Source: Pocillopora damicornis
Taxonomy: Eukaryota
DNA: 64,000 nt
Direction: 5' to 3'
Assembly (NCBI RefSeq): GCF_003704095.1
Contig: NW_020846747.1
Location: 682,001 to 746,000 of the forward strand
The notes under the pieces are model-generated. The model was given only the letters and a program-made list of their open reading frames with translations. It had not been told where the DNA came from and made no database searches. Shown here in pieces: positions 37,201-51,400 of the stretch. A program made the position numbers and the translations under genes. The number at the start of each line of letters is the position of its first letter. The first letter of the stretch is position 1.

Positions 37201-40200
37201 GAACCTTGTGAAATCTTGCTTATGACAAGGCAATATTTTCAAGGACGTATAAACTTAATGCTGCATTTCAAAAGAGAAGTTTAAAAATACATGATGTGAC
37301 CAGTGGTCTTACAAACCATTAAGTAAAGTCTCCATAAACTCAACGGCCAGTTCATTCTGGCTTGCATCTGGCCTGCTGGTCTGAAAAATGATGGTCGCAA
37401 AAACAAGCAATCAACAACACAACTAACACGCTATTAATGAAAATGAAATTGAGGTAAATGTCAACTCAACTTAATTAACAGCAACAAGCTTAGCAGGGTC
37501 TTTTAGTTAGTTGTCAATCTTACCAGCGCAGGCTCTCATGTTATGCTAAATTCTCAATTTCTCGAACAGCTTTGTAGCTACTGTTTTTTAGGAGACTAAG
37601 TAGCTTAGCAGCTGCATTTTTCCCCCAAACTGTCACTATGATTGTTTTTCTCTTTACTGACCAATTATTGTTGTAAATGGATGCCTGAAATGGGGCCAAT
37701 GCCTGGGTTACAGCGCATCACCAATCATGCAGGCAGTATCCTATCTGGGGCCTGGTTCAACACATGAACAGTGGAGCCCAGTCAATGCCCATAGCACTTG
37801 CCTTTCATTTACACCAGACAGCAGGTTAACTTACCCCAAATAAACTGAGAAGGGTTTCCACAGACAAGGCTTTGTTATCATGAATGTTGAGAAGAACCTC
37901 TATAAACAGCTTAGGTTGATGTTTCCTTAAAAGCTAAAATAAGACACACAGAATTCCTTGTTAATCAGTATATCTCATTTTGGTTGAAAAAATATTTTTG
38001 TAGTAATCAGTTAATGAACCAAAATCCCAAAACAAACTGCACCAAATTCATATTTCTACCAAGTATTATTAATTTATTGATATCATTGATACTAACTCAC
38101 TCACAAATAATTTAACTATTGTGATTAATTAACATCATAATTAATCATCCTGTGCTTAAGCATCCTGATTCAATATGACGTCTACATGTTAGTGTGCTTG
38201 GAGAGTATACTAACATATCATTTGCAGGTACTGTTATCATAGACTATTGTTTTTATCTAACATAATATTTTGTCTCTAAACTTTTGTCTACAGTTGAATC
38301 AGTTATCCAATTCTGTCTGAAATCACTTGTGTGATAAACAAATCATACTCCTGCTTTGGGGACATTTGATTCTGTAAATGATTAGATAATTACAGACTGA
38401 ATTGGAATCCACTTGCCCCTCTTCTGTCTGCAATCACTTGTGGGATAAACAAATCACACTCCTGCTNNNNNNNNNNNNNNNNNNNNNNNNNNNNNNNNNN
38501 NNNNNNNNNNNNNNNNNNNNNNNNNNNNNNNNNNNNNNNNNNNNNNNNNNNNNNNNNNNNNNNNNNTCAGCCTCTGCATAAAACCCTGGTCTCAAGTTTC
38601 AAATGAAAAGCTACAAAAGTGACAGGTTTACAAGCCACCATTTAGTATATTGCACAAGGTGATTCTACTATCACATCTTTAAATGAACCCCTTTGTGTGT
38701 GATTTTTCAGCTGAACCCTATCGAGCACTTCTTTCATAAGATACTGTCTACAACTTAGAACTGTGCTGACATCCATGTAACTATTTTTGCGTGACTGTTG
38801 AAATAAAGATGACTGAACACTACTTTCAAATGCTTCCCTAAGCTATACATACAAATTTGTTTTTCTTTCATATCTGACATTGATACCTTAAACTACGACA
38901 AGGCAAATCACTGATTTTAATCAGTAATTTGTTAAAACACCTAGATTCCATTTTGCCTTGTGTTTGTTCAGATATAGATCTCAGATGACATCAAAATGAC
39001 TTGTGGTAAGAACAAAAAAGTAGCAAGGAGGCACAGCTATGTATGTTAATGATGTTCTTACCACAATTTGACTTCTGCTGTGATCTATTACTGAACAGAC
39101 CTGGGGCAAAATGGAATCTAAATGTTTAACAGTAATTTGGAATCTGTTTGCTACATATAGTAAAAAATGCAAAATAGTGTTCATGGTGACATCATATATG
39201 CATTATTCATTATTATAATATAGTACTAACATAGAGTTTGTAACTCTGTGGAGTCTGAGATTTGCCTCAAATTTATGTCTTGTTCACAATTACCTCAGGA
39301 ATAGAGAAGAGGGCAGACTGGGCAAGATCAGGTTCACATTGATGAAGATAAAGCACAGCTCGCACCACGTTATCCAATGGTGATAAGCTAAATTAACAAC
39401 AAGCCATCATGAACTTAATTATTAAACGAATTAATCCTCTTCCTTAATTAAACACAATTACATCACTCTTAACTCATTAACTCATTATGTACATTTTAAA
39501 AATTTATTATTGTTTTTTAAATTTCTTGAATGTTTAATTTATAAGACCTTTGGTGATTTTTTTACAACATAAACACTGAAAGAGAAACCCTCTTTAAATA
39601 AGGGTATCTACCATATATCTGTCTGACTTATGATATAGAAATGAAAAGGAAAATAAAAGAAGTCCATTAGGAGATAAGATATACCACAGGAACACCAACC
39701 TGTAAGCACAACCCTTCTCAGTTTTAGTTTTCTTCACATCTTCCAAGGCAGCTAGTGCTGTCTCTAAATGAGACAAACTTATATCATTAATTTTAAACAT
39801 GGCTGAATCTTGCATCAACCACTCCTAAAGTTAAATAGGTCTGTAATAAATTCTTTTCTCCTTAGGACAAAGATGACCCATGTGACCAACTTGACAGCAT
39901 AGGGCATTGGATGAAAGAGGAAGCCGGAAAGGTCAGCTTAATGATTGATAGCACAATAGCAGAGAACAACCTGGGTTCTGGTTGTGTAAGACGTAAGGGG
40001 TGACTGATATGCAGTATAACACAACTTGAATCTCAAGACAACAGACACAAAAGGCTCTGTTTTCTCCCCATCAATTCTGTAACCTAAAAAAGATGGACCA
40101 AGTAGGAATAATGATGAAGAAAAATGAACAAAGCAAGGTGATCTGTAAGTAAATATTGCATTCACTCTCTCCTTTTGGTGATAAAGTAATTTTTTTGGAT

Positions 40201-43200
40201 ATTTTCCACTTAGTAAGAGTCTTAAAAGGCAAAAATTAATAGTAAACTTTGCATATGATTAGTTAATTATTATGAAAAACAAATTAATCTAATAAACAAT
40301 TTTCTCTAACCAACCTGATGAAAACCCACTAAGAGATGACATCAGGATAATCTCTGCTACTCGACCTGGTTTACATCTGGCATAGAGCTTGAAAATTTTT
40401 TTGGTAATACTCTGAAGAAAAAATAAAATAAAAGAATTCTTTGATAACCCTTTACACCTTAACATCAGTATGTAAGTTCTCAATACTGTTCTCTATACAC
40501 TTCCTATAGTACCTACAAGGGAGAATTTGGGTAACAATCCAGAGCTTATTTAGTTGGTGATCATTTCTTTAATTCTCAAAACCTTGATGTGTGTTTAAGG
40601 GGTGATGTTGAATGGAGAAATTAGTTTCAAGTCATTCTTTGAGGTTGAAGGGCTAAGGCTTGCAATTTAAGAAATCCCTCCTTTATCACTTAATAATCAC
40701 ATAAACAACACAACCCAATGAAAGCACAGACCACCACATTCATATTTGTACACAAACGCACCAACCATTGGTCACTAACATTGTGCACATCAAGACAATG
40801 ACAAAGACATATATTTCATTCATCAACTGGGCCTAATTATATGACCCTCACCTCTGACACATTAACTTGTTTGTCTGACCCAAATAAATTTTCATCCAAG
40901 AAATGGATCAAGCCATCTGCTACAGGCTCTTCAGATTTATAAGCTTTGTCAACAATGTCTCGCAGCGTTAGACCAGACATTGCAAAGTAGTCTATACTAT
41001 CCTTAGAGGCATCAGGGATTCTGGAAAATCAATAACTTTATTCAATCATATTATTATGCTACATCACATTGTACAGATATCTACAATTGAATGGCAAATT
41101 TATGAATGAAATCCTATGTTTGAACAAAATTTTGCCTTATAAAATCTCATGGCCACTTGATTAAGGGTTGTGACAGAGAAGCTTAATACATGCCAGAAAC
41201 CTCTATTTGTTCTATGTAAATAACGTTGTTGAAAATTGAGCCCTCATTAAACTAACCTTAAAAACACCTCAGTCAAATTTGCTGCAGACTTGCAGAGTAG
41301 CTTCTTAAGCTTCTTTTTGTTCTTGTCATCTTTGGAACCCGAATCTGCCAAGCAAAGTGTTCTTAGGAAAAAGTGTTGCTCGCAAATGAGATGATGAAAT
41401 GCCTGTGCATTGTGCTTCTGACAACGATTTGCCAATGGCATCTGAAGAGGAAAAGAATCCTATTAATAAGTTCTAATACTCCAAGATAACTGGACATGTA
41501 AATGGAAAAAAATTTTTGTAATGATGCTGATACAGGGAAGAGTTGTAGCCTGAAAAGTCCATGTTTGACCCATATGAGTGACTAGCATCTAATTCTCCTT
41601 TCAATTTCATCCCTGAATCACATATTAAGGTCACCAGAATAAAGGAAATGATCACCAACCAAAGCAGCTCTTGATTGTGACACAAATTCTCCTTGTCAGC
41701 ACCTTAAATATACTGAGAAAAGTAAGGAGAAAATGGATAGTGCCATAAAGCATTGGATTTTACCCTTTACCTCCCATGAATGACCAAGAAAGACTTTCTC
41801 CTTACAATATCAAGCATAGAAGTAATGAAAATAAAGAAAAATATCAATTAAGGGGTTAAATGTTGATCCAATACCAAATTCTCCAAACTGACATCATAAC
41901 GATTGTATGGAAGACAGCAGAGAAAATTACTAATGAGATTTTGGGAGTTGAAGGGCTGAGATTTTGTGATCCACAGAAATAAGTTTATGAAAAAGTGCAA
42001 CATACCACTGCCTTGTAAAGCTGTGTGGGGTCCATGTTCTGGAGGACATATACCATCCAGTCAGGGTTTTTACTTTCTCTCTGTTCAGTCTGAGGCCTTG
42101 ATGGTTTGTTCTTGAAACTAACAAATTTAATTTTGCACTAGGATTATGATGAAGATCAACTTCAATGTTTGCTAAATATTTTGTACTCATCGCTTCTATG
42201 AAAAGTTGCTCTACTTAACCCCACCGAGCGGACACTCATTTCAGAACACACACTACATCTCAGCTCAGTTATACCATATATTGCTTAATGCATGAGAGTA
42301 CTCTAAATAACATCTATTTCAATCTGTTTTAAGACTGTCACTACTCAGTTCATAAGGTCTCTTAAATCTTTTTATATGGACTTTGTAAGTGTACATCTGC
42401 TGTCTATCTTCCTGTTTGAACCCAGTTGGATAAATTCTGTCCCTCTTTATGCCCATCAGGACCTTGTCTCATTTATCTGTCCTAGGAAATTGTCAATCTA
42501 TTTGTTCATCTTCAAATTGTTTGTCTGTCTGTCTGTCAGTATTGTGTGCCCATCTGTCATCTCTCTATGTATTAACCCACCTAGCTGTCTCTCTCTATGT
42601 CTGTCACTGGATTGCCACCTGTCTATCTATCGGACTGTCTGCTGGTCTGTCTGTCTGTCAGCCAGTCAGTCTGTCTGTCTGTTGGTTTGTCTTTCTCTTT
42701 GCCTGTTTTCCTGTTGGCTTTGCAAATTGGCTTAAAGCAGGGCCCTCTGCTGCTCTGTGCAAATGTTGGTTTGTTTATCATCTCTGTTTATCCACCTGCT
42801 TCCCTATCTTTCTTCACATGCTCCACAAGGACTGCCATCTGCCTTTCTGTCTGTCTATTTGTTAACTGTTATTTAAAACTGCCATTAAATGGACTCTATG
42901 TTTGCCTGTCTCTGCATTTGCAATTCTCATAAATTATCTCAATCAGTCTTAGAGAAATGGACTAATATATCAGAGTTCTGTACCTCTTGCTTCTTTGCAA
43001 GTGGTCATGTGCAGATTTTGAGAACAAAACAACATTTCCTTCACTAGCAGACACATAGTGACATCCAATAAATGGATACATGCCAATCAAACAGACGTCT
43101 AGATTTGGCTGAGGACAGCGCTGTATGGAAAAAAAAAATTATGAAATATAAATATTACCCAAAGACTAACTCAAACCTCTCTTCTGAACTAGCTGCATAA

Positions 43201-46200
43201 GCAGGGCCAGGAGGCATTCTAGCTGGTAATTATAAACAGAAATACCCAGTAGTCAGTTACCAACAATTTTAGTAAGTGGGAGACACCATTCTTACATGGA
43301 TTGGACAATGGATTCCAGATCAAAAAGGTTCACGGTCAAGTCCTGGATAGATCAAAATTACAGTATCTAGGGTGAAAAAAATTGGGGACTTAGACAAGCA
43401 GCTGCTTAATCTGGTGCCCCTCAATACAGATTTCATTGTATTTTTTTCAAGCAATAGAAACCGGTAAAACTCTGACATTAACAATGAATTGCTATATTTG
43501 TAATGCTTGGTTACTAAATTTTCCATACACAATCATACCTGTCTCAGGCTTTTTAGGTCAAAGACTGGTAATGGCCATCCATTGTTGCTGGAGAGTTTAA
43601 TAACAGCAGCTTGATAAACAGCATCACTCACTTTAGCTCCAGTGCTGGTATAACGATTCATTGAACTGCTAATTGTAAACGTTCTTGTGCACTTGATCTC
43701 AGTGTCATACTCACCATCTGTACCATCACTGCTATGTTCACTCTCTTCAAACTGTTTCATATCACCTGTCATTGCTCCTCTATGCATAGATGTTTCACTT
43801 CTCGATGTAAACCTCACAAGTGTACGGCCAGAGTTATCAACAATCCATTTGATATCTGGTGGTGATGGTTTTGCCTCCTTGTAACCTGCAGGAGGGGCTT
43901 CATCTCCACACAGTTTTGTACTTTTATTAGATGAAGCAGTGTCTGTGGCATCTGGGTTGTCAGCACAGGAAATGGTGGGGGTAAATGCAGTTGCTGTAGA
44001 TGGCATGTTTTCTGTGACACAAGGCTCACAATAGTCTTGTTCAACACTTTCTTTGAGTTCTTGATTGACCTCAACTGTTTCAAGCAACTCTTCACTTCTT
44101 GTGCACCCAGGAGCTGAGGTTAAACTTGATCTACTTTCAACTACCAAATCTTCAGCATCTCTTCTCTCCAGATCTTCATCAGACTTCTTTTTGTCATCAA
44201 AAACCTCCCCAAAATTTTCTTCTTGTCCCCCAAAATTGCTCACTACACTTTGCTCCTCACCTTGGTGCTCGTCAACTTGAACATCTTCAGCAGCATGCTT
44301 TCTGATCCAATCAGATGCAGCTGCATATATGCGCACAGTGTAAGTTTCAATTCCCTGTCTGGTTATTGCATGAAGCAGACCATTAAAGACGGAAACACTG
44401 ACTGTATCAATGGTGTACTTGTAATAAGACAGAAGGTTACAAGTATCAAACACATCATACATGAAGCCTTCTTTAGGGCCAGAGATGAGGCAACACATAC
44501 CACACAAAGTAGGGTCAAAGAGAGTCCTTGCAACTAAGGGAGATCTTTGCATCTCTTTCACATGAGATATTCCTAAAAAGATAAAAACCAAAATACAAAG
44601 TTATCATTCACTTTAACACATACTAGCACAAGAAAAAAGAGGCTCATTTTTCCAAAAGTAGCCTTTTCCCAACCTTCAATTGTTTAATGGTTGCCATAAG
44701 GAAAATTTTGGTCACCGAAAAAAATAGCCTTGTATCAATGGGAGGACACTTCATGTAAGTTCACAGTCCCTTGCCAATTTCTAAGATTGTAATGACAAGC
44801 AAGAGAAAGAGGACGAAGAGACCAATGTCTGGTAGCAACAATTCATTATGAAGTTGCTTAGACTCAGGTTAGAGGATTCAACAAATTGGCCTGGTTATTT
44901 ACATGAGTTCTAACCCAAACCACTATGGGCCTCATGGATTCCTGTAAGAGGGTTGATTAACTGGATAAATGTCCTTCTACTCTTAGCTTTGGGCCCTCCT
45001 GACACTGTTCACAAAAACAAATGTTCAGATAAATGGTTTGGCTAAATTGAAGATGGCTTAATTTTTGTTTAAATAACCTGCCCATTAGGTTTAAAATGAT
45101 TTCTATCTGGGAGTTGTGCAACAGAACAGGAATTGCTGATCAAAAGCATGGCAGACATAAAGTTAACAACTAGCCTATGATCCTTTTCATAATTCTTGAA
45201 ACACTCTCTCCCCAGAAATCTCCCTTTCCCCCTTTAACCTTTTACACCTTAACATCAGTATTCATATTCTCCATACTGTTCTCTGTACATTTACTAAGGT
45301 GCTGACAAGGAGAATTTGTCTAACAATCAGGAGTTTCCTTAGCTGGTGATCATTTCCTTTATTCTCATGACATTAATGTGTGATTCAGTGGTGACATTGA
45401 GAGGAGAAATTAGATGCTAGTCACTCTTAGGGATTAAAGGTTAAATTTTTTGTTGTAGAAAAATTACAGTGTCTGTATTGACCTATGCTGATCCCGTATT
45501 TCGAAGAGTGCTTTAGAGGGATTAGATAATTTATCCTACCTTGTGTATAAGTTGGAAGAAGTTGTAATGTGTGAAGTGTAGCAGAATCATTGCCTTCATT
45601 ACTAAGTTGCTCCACTCTAAATCTGCGATACAGCATTGTAACTCCTTTCACTCTTAGCATACACCCATCCACAGCAAAACCAATTCCATAGAGACCTCCA
45701 AATGCAACAGTCACAGGATGCCCAGGTACCTCTGACACAGGTCCTAAGATTTCCTTGGGATCTGGTAAGAAGTCTTTGTAAACCTTTTTCTTTCTCAACA
45801 ACGGAAACACAACTTCCTCATCTGATTTCACAGCTAGTGGTTTATTTGAAGACAATAATGGTGAGCAATCATCAAAGGACCACAAAACACAGTTGTCAGC
45901 TTTTGGTTCTCTTTTGGTTTGTTGTGTCGGGTGGAGCATGGATTCAAAGTCCAACAGGGATGTTGTGGCCCTATGAGCAAAATATAACTTTCAATGATAG
46001 CTTCATGTTAGGTACTTATTGACTTAGAGGGAGGACCTGACAGGAAAATATTTGGTTCAAGGTAATGAGAGACCGACCAAGTGCAGAGAGGTCCATGCAT
46101 TATCACTGAGAGCAAAATGTTTTCTCATTTGCATGATTTTCAATGCTTAGGGTTAGGTTTAGGGTTACAGTGATGGTGAGAGTGACAGTCTGTATTCCTT

Positions 46201-47478
46201 TTTCCAACTTTGCTCACATCATTGTAACTTGCAAACAGGTAAAGCCCTTATACAAAGATTTTTGTCTTGTCTCTATTAACTTAGAGAGAGCAAGATGGAT
46301 AGGCTTTATGATAAAGCCTCTTATCACACTCTTCATCAGGCTTGTGGCACCAGTTGCTGAAGCTTATCAAAAAGGCTTCTTAATCATAATAAGAATTTGT
46401 TTTGCTCATTGAGTCAGACATGCCAGTTCATCAAAAGAAACTACCCCACCTCTCCCCAACCAAAAAGGAACCCACTCTAACACTAACAACTTCCAATGTA
46501 GTGCCAAATTTCTTCAAGTCGTTCCTTGGTAATCCATTAATAATATTTAGATCATAGATCTTATCACACCCATCTTAAAATATAATTTTAAGGTTAAAAA
46601 AAGCTCAGGGGGAGAAAATGATCCTATCTTGGCCAGGATACTACCCTCCCTTCATCATTTGGAGAAGGAGGGAGGAGGAGGGGTTCCCTCAAACGGTTGG
46701 ATCAACAGCTCTTTGCTATGCTATACTTATTCAGCAGAGTTGTTCCTGGACTTGAACTTTTCCCACTTCTGCTTGACGACACAGAATCTTGATCAGCTGT
46801 AAACACAAGCTTGAGGACTTGAACATCTAGATTTGACCTCACAGCTAGGTAGCAGTCACTTAGAACAACTTCTTTTACAATCATGCTTGGTTCAATGTCA
46901 AGGAAATGTTCCATATCATGATACATTGCAGTGACATCTGTGCCGCCAGACGTAAGGTTACCACTCCATCTGAACAAACTCACTTTTTTCACGCTTGCAA
47001 TAGCAACGTTACCACTTGTTGGGCAGCAACAAATAGCTGTGACATTAACCTGGGTGGGAATCTCCAAAGCCAGGAAATCCTTGCACTTTCCCTCCGATTC
47101 CTGCCTTTGATAATGAGAATGTCCCGCTGCATAAGTACGCACCGCCTCGTCAGGATTTGCCTTGAACCAGTTAAAGTAAGCGCGAGAGTGAGTTTGAACG
47201 CTCACTACTTTACTGCCAGCGTTTTTTCTTCGGCTTGTTCTCTCAATTGTCAAAACGCACTTGGCTTTCTCGTTGCAAATCAACTTGACAGGTTTTGACA
47301 TGATCGGAAACTCACAGAATAGAGGAAAGTTCGGTTGCTCGAGTGAGTAAACAAACACCTTCATTTCTCCAGTACCAAGGAAAAGATAATCTTTCGTAGA
47401 GGCAAAAGAGGTAGGTTGAAGAGAATCGGAGAACGTACGTTGCGATTTGAAGTAATGGAATAGAAGTACTCGCACCAT
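31289..47478 (-). CDS. HPS3: Hermansky-Pudlak syndrome 3 protein (BLOC-2 subunit), about 14 visible exons
   Basis: ATG 47478 gives MVRVLLFHYFKSQ (human MVQLYNLHPFGSQ). Exon 2 has EILGPVSEVPGHPV and MLYRRF. Last exon (31455-31289) FLGLLPSDGCLGFFLPYLQHC matches the HPS3 C-terminus. Approximate exons: 47478-46727, 45970-45540, 44572-43539, 43120-42984, 41441-41257, 41021-40852, 40411-40315, ~40083-39890, ~39825-39700, 39387-39294, 37933-37835, 33263-33129, 32355-32256. Two N gaps may hide exons. Confidence 0.9.
31690..31960. repeat. 28-bp minisatellite, about 9 units, in the last HPS3 intron
   Basis: Unit about gcgcgggaaagcatggtactggtaataa with alternating variants; explains spurious ORFs 31494-32003 and 31711-32025. 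Confidence 0.9.
32722..33126. mobile_element. About 400-bp non-autonomous DNA transposon with 23-bp perfect TIR
   Basis: tcgatcaattcgaagcttcaaca ... tgttgaagcttcgaattgatcga. Related degenerate copies at about 57633-58097 and 9030-9135. Confidence 0.8.
36065..37090. repeat. Degenerate (TAGAC)n pentamer satellite, about 1 kb
   Basis: Recurrent tagac/taaac/taggc/tggac units with 5-nt periodicity. Confidence 0.85.
42500..42920. repeat. Degenerate (TGTC)n microsatellite
   Basis: tgtctgtctgtc runs; source of the Cys/Leu/Ser ORFs at 42376-42932. Confidence 0.85.
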
Positions 47479-48000
47479 TTTCAAAAGATACGCGTTTACG
47501 GCAATGACGAATCGATAAATTGGTCCTCAAACTCTTTGGCAGGGGAGGGGGGGAAGCGTACCTCTTTACGTCTGTAGAATAACTGATTAATCCCTGCTTC
47601 GTCCCGATAACATTAATCATTTCAGGTTGGGGATCTTCCACCTATCCGCCATATTTTCCATGATCATTTTAAACTAACGCGCGGAAACTGGTAACAACAC
47701 TTCCTTACACCATAGGGCACCGATAGGGCATGAATTATTACCTCTTATTTTTTACCGTATTCTCAGAAATTAGAAACTGTTTGTCTTTATATCAGTCTTG
47801 TGGATTCAATATGTGTGAGGATTGAGTTTTAGATTTATTTTCCCTTCAAAAAAAATGTTATTTGTCTCCCCTGAATTGCGCTTTAAGAGTAGTATTTTTT
47901 CGTCATGTAAGCCTAATGTATGTTTCTCCATTAATACTTAGCCTCGTGGACGAAGTAAAAACGGAACACCGTCACATCTCTAAGTGAGTCAATCTTTTCA
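47479..48000. promoter_or_regulatory. Probable bidirectional promoter between HPS3 and ureD
   Basis: CpG-retaining region between divergent genes. The first ureD coding exon is preceded by an acceptor (ttttccAG, 48398), implying a non-coding first exon here; candidate donors at about 47691 and 47984. Confidence 0.5.
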
Positions 48001-48451
48001 TTCCTGAGGTTTAGATACGTAGAACGGTACAAATAAGCTGGAATGGCTGATGATTTTAAAGTTAGAACGCACAATTTAGCTCAACAGGAAAAAGATCAAT
48101 GCTTAAATTTTGCACGAGTGTTCCTCTGCATGCTGATAAGAGCACAAAGAGATCATGTCTCTCTCTGAGTACTGTACGCATCTGCAGAATGACTTAGGGA
48201 GATTTTGTTTAAGAATCTCTTAAGAATACCAACTGTTGGGTCCTTTGTAATTCAATGACTCTGAACCACAAATATTCCAACTTTTATAGTACCCATGTCA
48301 TATCTGACTACTATAAATATTTGAAAAAATCTTTACAATAATTTATGCCAGTTTCTGTTCATTCCATGCCATTTAACTTTGCTCTTTATTTTTTCCAGGA
48401 TTGTAGGACTAGAAAATTTTGGAATATCCACTGCATATAAGATCTGGATCT

Positions 48452-51400
48452 ATGTCCACTGAAAATGGCAAATACGTAGCTGATGATAATGGTCGCTTAG
48501 ACAAACGTAAAGCTGTGAAGGGATTTGCAGAGTTCTGCTGCTCCCCTGTCCAAAATAAAGATACATGGCAGGAATCTGCAGAAAACTACAAAGTCAGAAA
48601 CACCAAACTTGAGTACACTTACCCTGTAAGAAATAGTAACACAAATTAATTTTTGCTATATATGTGGATGGTCCATGATAAAGAAAAATTAATTACTGCA
48701 AATAAGAATTTCACAAAAGCAAACTCTGCAAAAACTACTACCTAACCGTCACTTTCTGTGAATGAAATACTGTACTCTGCTTGAGAATTTAGTAACAATT
48801 TATATTTTTTTCAGATAGCATTCTTCTGACAAATAAATTTGTCATGTCAATCTCTTATCAAATATTTCTTCTGGCAGTTAAAACTACTTGTACCAGGTTG
48901 TGCATCTTCTATACCAAGCAGTCAGTGGCTGTATGTAATCACATTTGGCGGTGGGCTTGTGGAGGGAGACAATGTGTCCCTTGATGTCAAGGTTGGGGAG
49001 CACTGTACAGTGGTTGTGACCACTCAGGCCTCAACAAAGGTAAGCAAGGTTGTTATTTTACCCTTTAACTCTCAAGATCCAATTGTCAATTTTACCATCT
49101 AGCCACTGCACATTTCCTTGTAAGTTAATTGCAAGATTTGGTGTTCAATCAAGGTAATAACTTGTACCTGATGAGTTTAAGTATTCTCACTTCCTGTTTG
49201 CTGTATAATGTATAAATACTTTAAGGAGAAGTTACATGATAATCCCTTCTGGTAGTTAAAGTGTTAAAGAAGCCAGTAGTTGGCCAAAACCTGATGATTG
49301 TCATGCCATTTTGCACTGGCTACTTTGCAAATTGTGATCAAAGACAGAAAATAAGTATTTTTGAACTGATTCTAAGCATCAATGTCTGGCTAAAGAAGTT
49401 AACCAAGTATGGCCTAAAATGGACCATATTTCATGTCTCAAAGAATTTTTTATTTCAAAATTTACTTGGTGAGCTTGCCATCAGACCCCCTTGATAAGGG
49501 TTGTTGAATTGAATTGAATTCTGCTCTTCCAGCAGAATTCAGTTCAGCAGCCTACTCAGTTCAGAGTGCTCATCTATTACATTTTCCAGTGACGGTCAGT
49601 AGCCTAGTCTTTTACTGCAAGGGTTCAACACTCCAGACTTTCTTGAAGGGAAGGTGCAAATTTTTTATGAGCTTGATTACTTGTTTTTGCCTATGCTCAC
49701 TTTAATACCCAGGGCCCAGTTGTTCAAAGGCCAATTAACCCCAACCCAATGTTAACTTTCAGTTCAGGTTTCTTTATTCCTTTGTTCAAAGGCCTTTTCT
49801 CTATTATTTATAACTCATCTAGTCATAAAATTGTTGGCAAAAAGAATTCTACAGAATTTTCTTTTAAAGCTTTCAGATCTGAAATCAGATTTCACGCTAA
49901 CCCTGGGTTATCTTAACCCATCTTTGAACCTGCCCAGGTTTATCACTCAGAAGAGGGTTTAGTTACACAACAGGGTTTGCGAGGTTTGGTTGCTGATGGA
50001 GGGTTGCTTGCAGTTCTTCCTGATCCTGTGGTCTGCTTCAAGAATGCCATCTACAGCCAGAAACAGGCGAGTTTTAGATCAGTCCAAAAAAAATGCTTGT
50101 TTTGAACCAAGCCTTAAGAGTACAACAACAATAACCTCCTCGTAGGTGCTCTGGTATATCTGAGGAACCTTCAACTGCTCAAAAACATTTCCATTACTAT
50201 ATCAATGCTACTTTTAAAAATTTTTTTCTTTGTTTACTACTGGTAAGAACAGAAAGTCAATGATTTGGTTGCATGTCGTTTGAATCTCGGACATCATAGA
50301 TGAATGGTCATTATGTTGTAGGATTTTGAGCTCACTTCAAATGGCAGTGTCATCATCCTTGACTGGTTTACAGCTGGGCGTGTGGCACTTGGAGAAGTCT
50401 GGGATATGACTAGGTAATTACTCATTATTTTATAAATTGTAAGTAGGAGCAGGAATGGCACAGTGGTGATTGAGGGCATTTACCTCCCCACTGCTGTGGC
50501 CTGGATTTGATTCCTGGACCTGGGACCACATGAAGGTTGAGTTTGTCATTGCTTTTTGTCCTTGCTCAGAGGGCTCATCTCCAGGTCCTTCAGTTTTTCT
50601 CTCTTCAAGGAAAGCCTCATTCCAAATTCCAATTCGACCTAGAAACAGTGGACAAGAAAAGCCACCTAGTGGAAATGTCCACTTCTAAATTCCCATTCCC
50701 ATTAAGTAGTAGTATAATCACACATGTAAGGATATTTTTTATTTACACAATTTAATCTCAAACTTATTGTTACATATTTTCTGTCTGAACATATAGTTAC
50801 AAAAGTCATAACAGAGTCTTTGTGGATGGAAAGCAAGTGTATGGAGATTCAATCTTTCTTAGCAATGAGAACAGCTTTCTTTCACTAAAAGAATCCATGT
50901 GTGGTGTGATGGTAACTAAAAGACACTTGATATTTTTAATAACCTTCAGTTATTTGAATAAACATTCTTGGATTGGCATCACCTTACAGTTTTGTAAATG
51001 TCTTTCAGGTTTTGGGAACCTGTGTTTTTATTGGTCCATATTTTAAAGAAATCAAGAAAAAAATTAAGGAGAGAGTCTCTGTTCTCACAAGTAAGACACA
51101 TTCTTATCTCCACAATCAAATAATATATGAAATTATAAGATACAGTCAGACTGATTGTGCTTTTGATTGCCAAAGAGTAAACTGACCTGGCCTAACATTC
51201 TACTTTGGATGTACCATCATAAATAGGTGGCTTTCCTTGGACACCATAAAGGCTTGGTTCTCTTTCTTTCATCCCTTAGCAACCTCTTTAACCCTCTCAC
51301 TGCCAAGATTGCATTAGTAATTCTCCTTACTGTCTGCCATACAATTCTCATGATGTTGGTTTGGAGAATTAATTTTGATATTTGATCAACTAACAATCCC

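Noticed and set aside
42376-42932. Cys/Leu/Ser-rich ORFs
   Set aside because: Translation of a (TGTC)n microsatellite.
47312-47641. 109-aa ORF overlapping the HPS3 start
   Set aside because: Non-ATG start, no recognisable homology; the nearby ATG at about 47652 gives only a short uORF.
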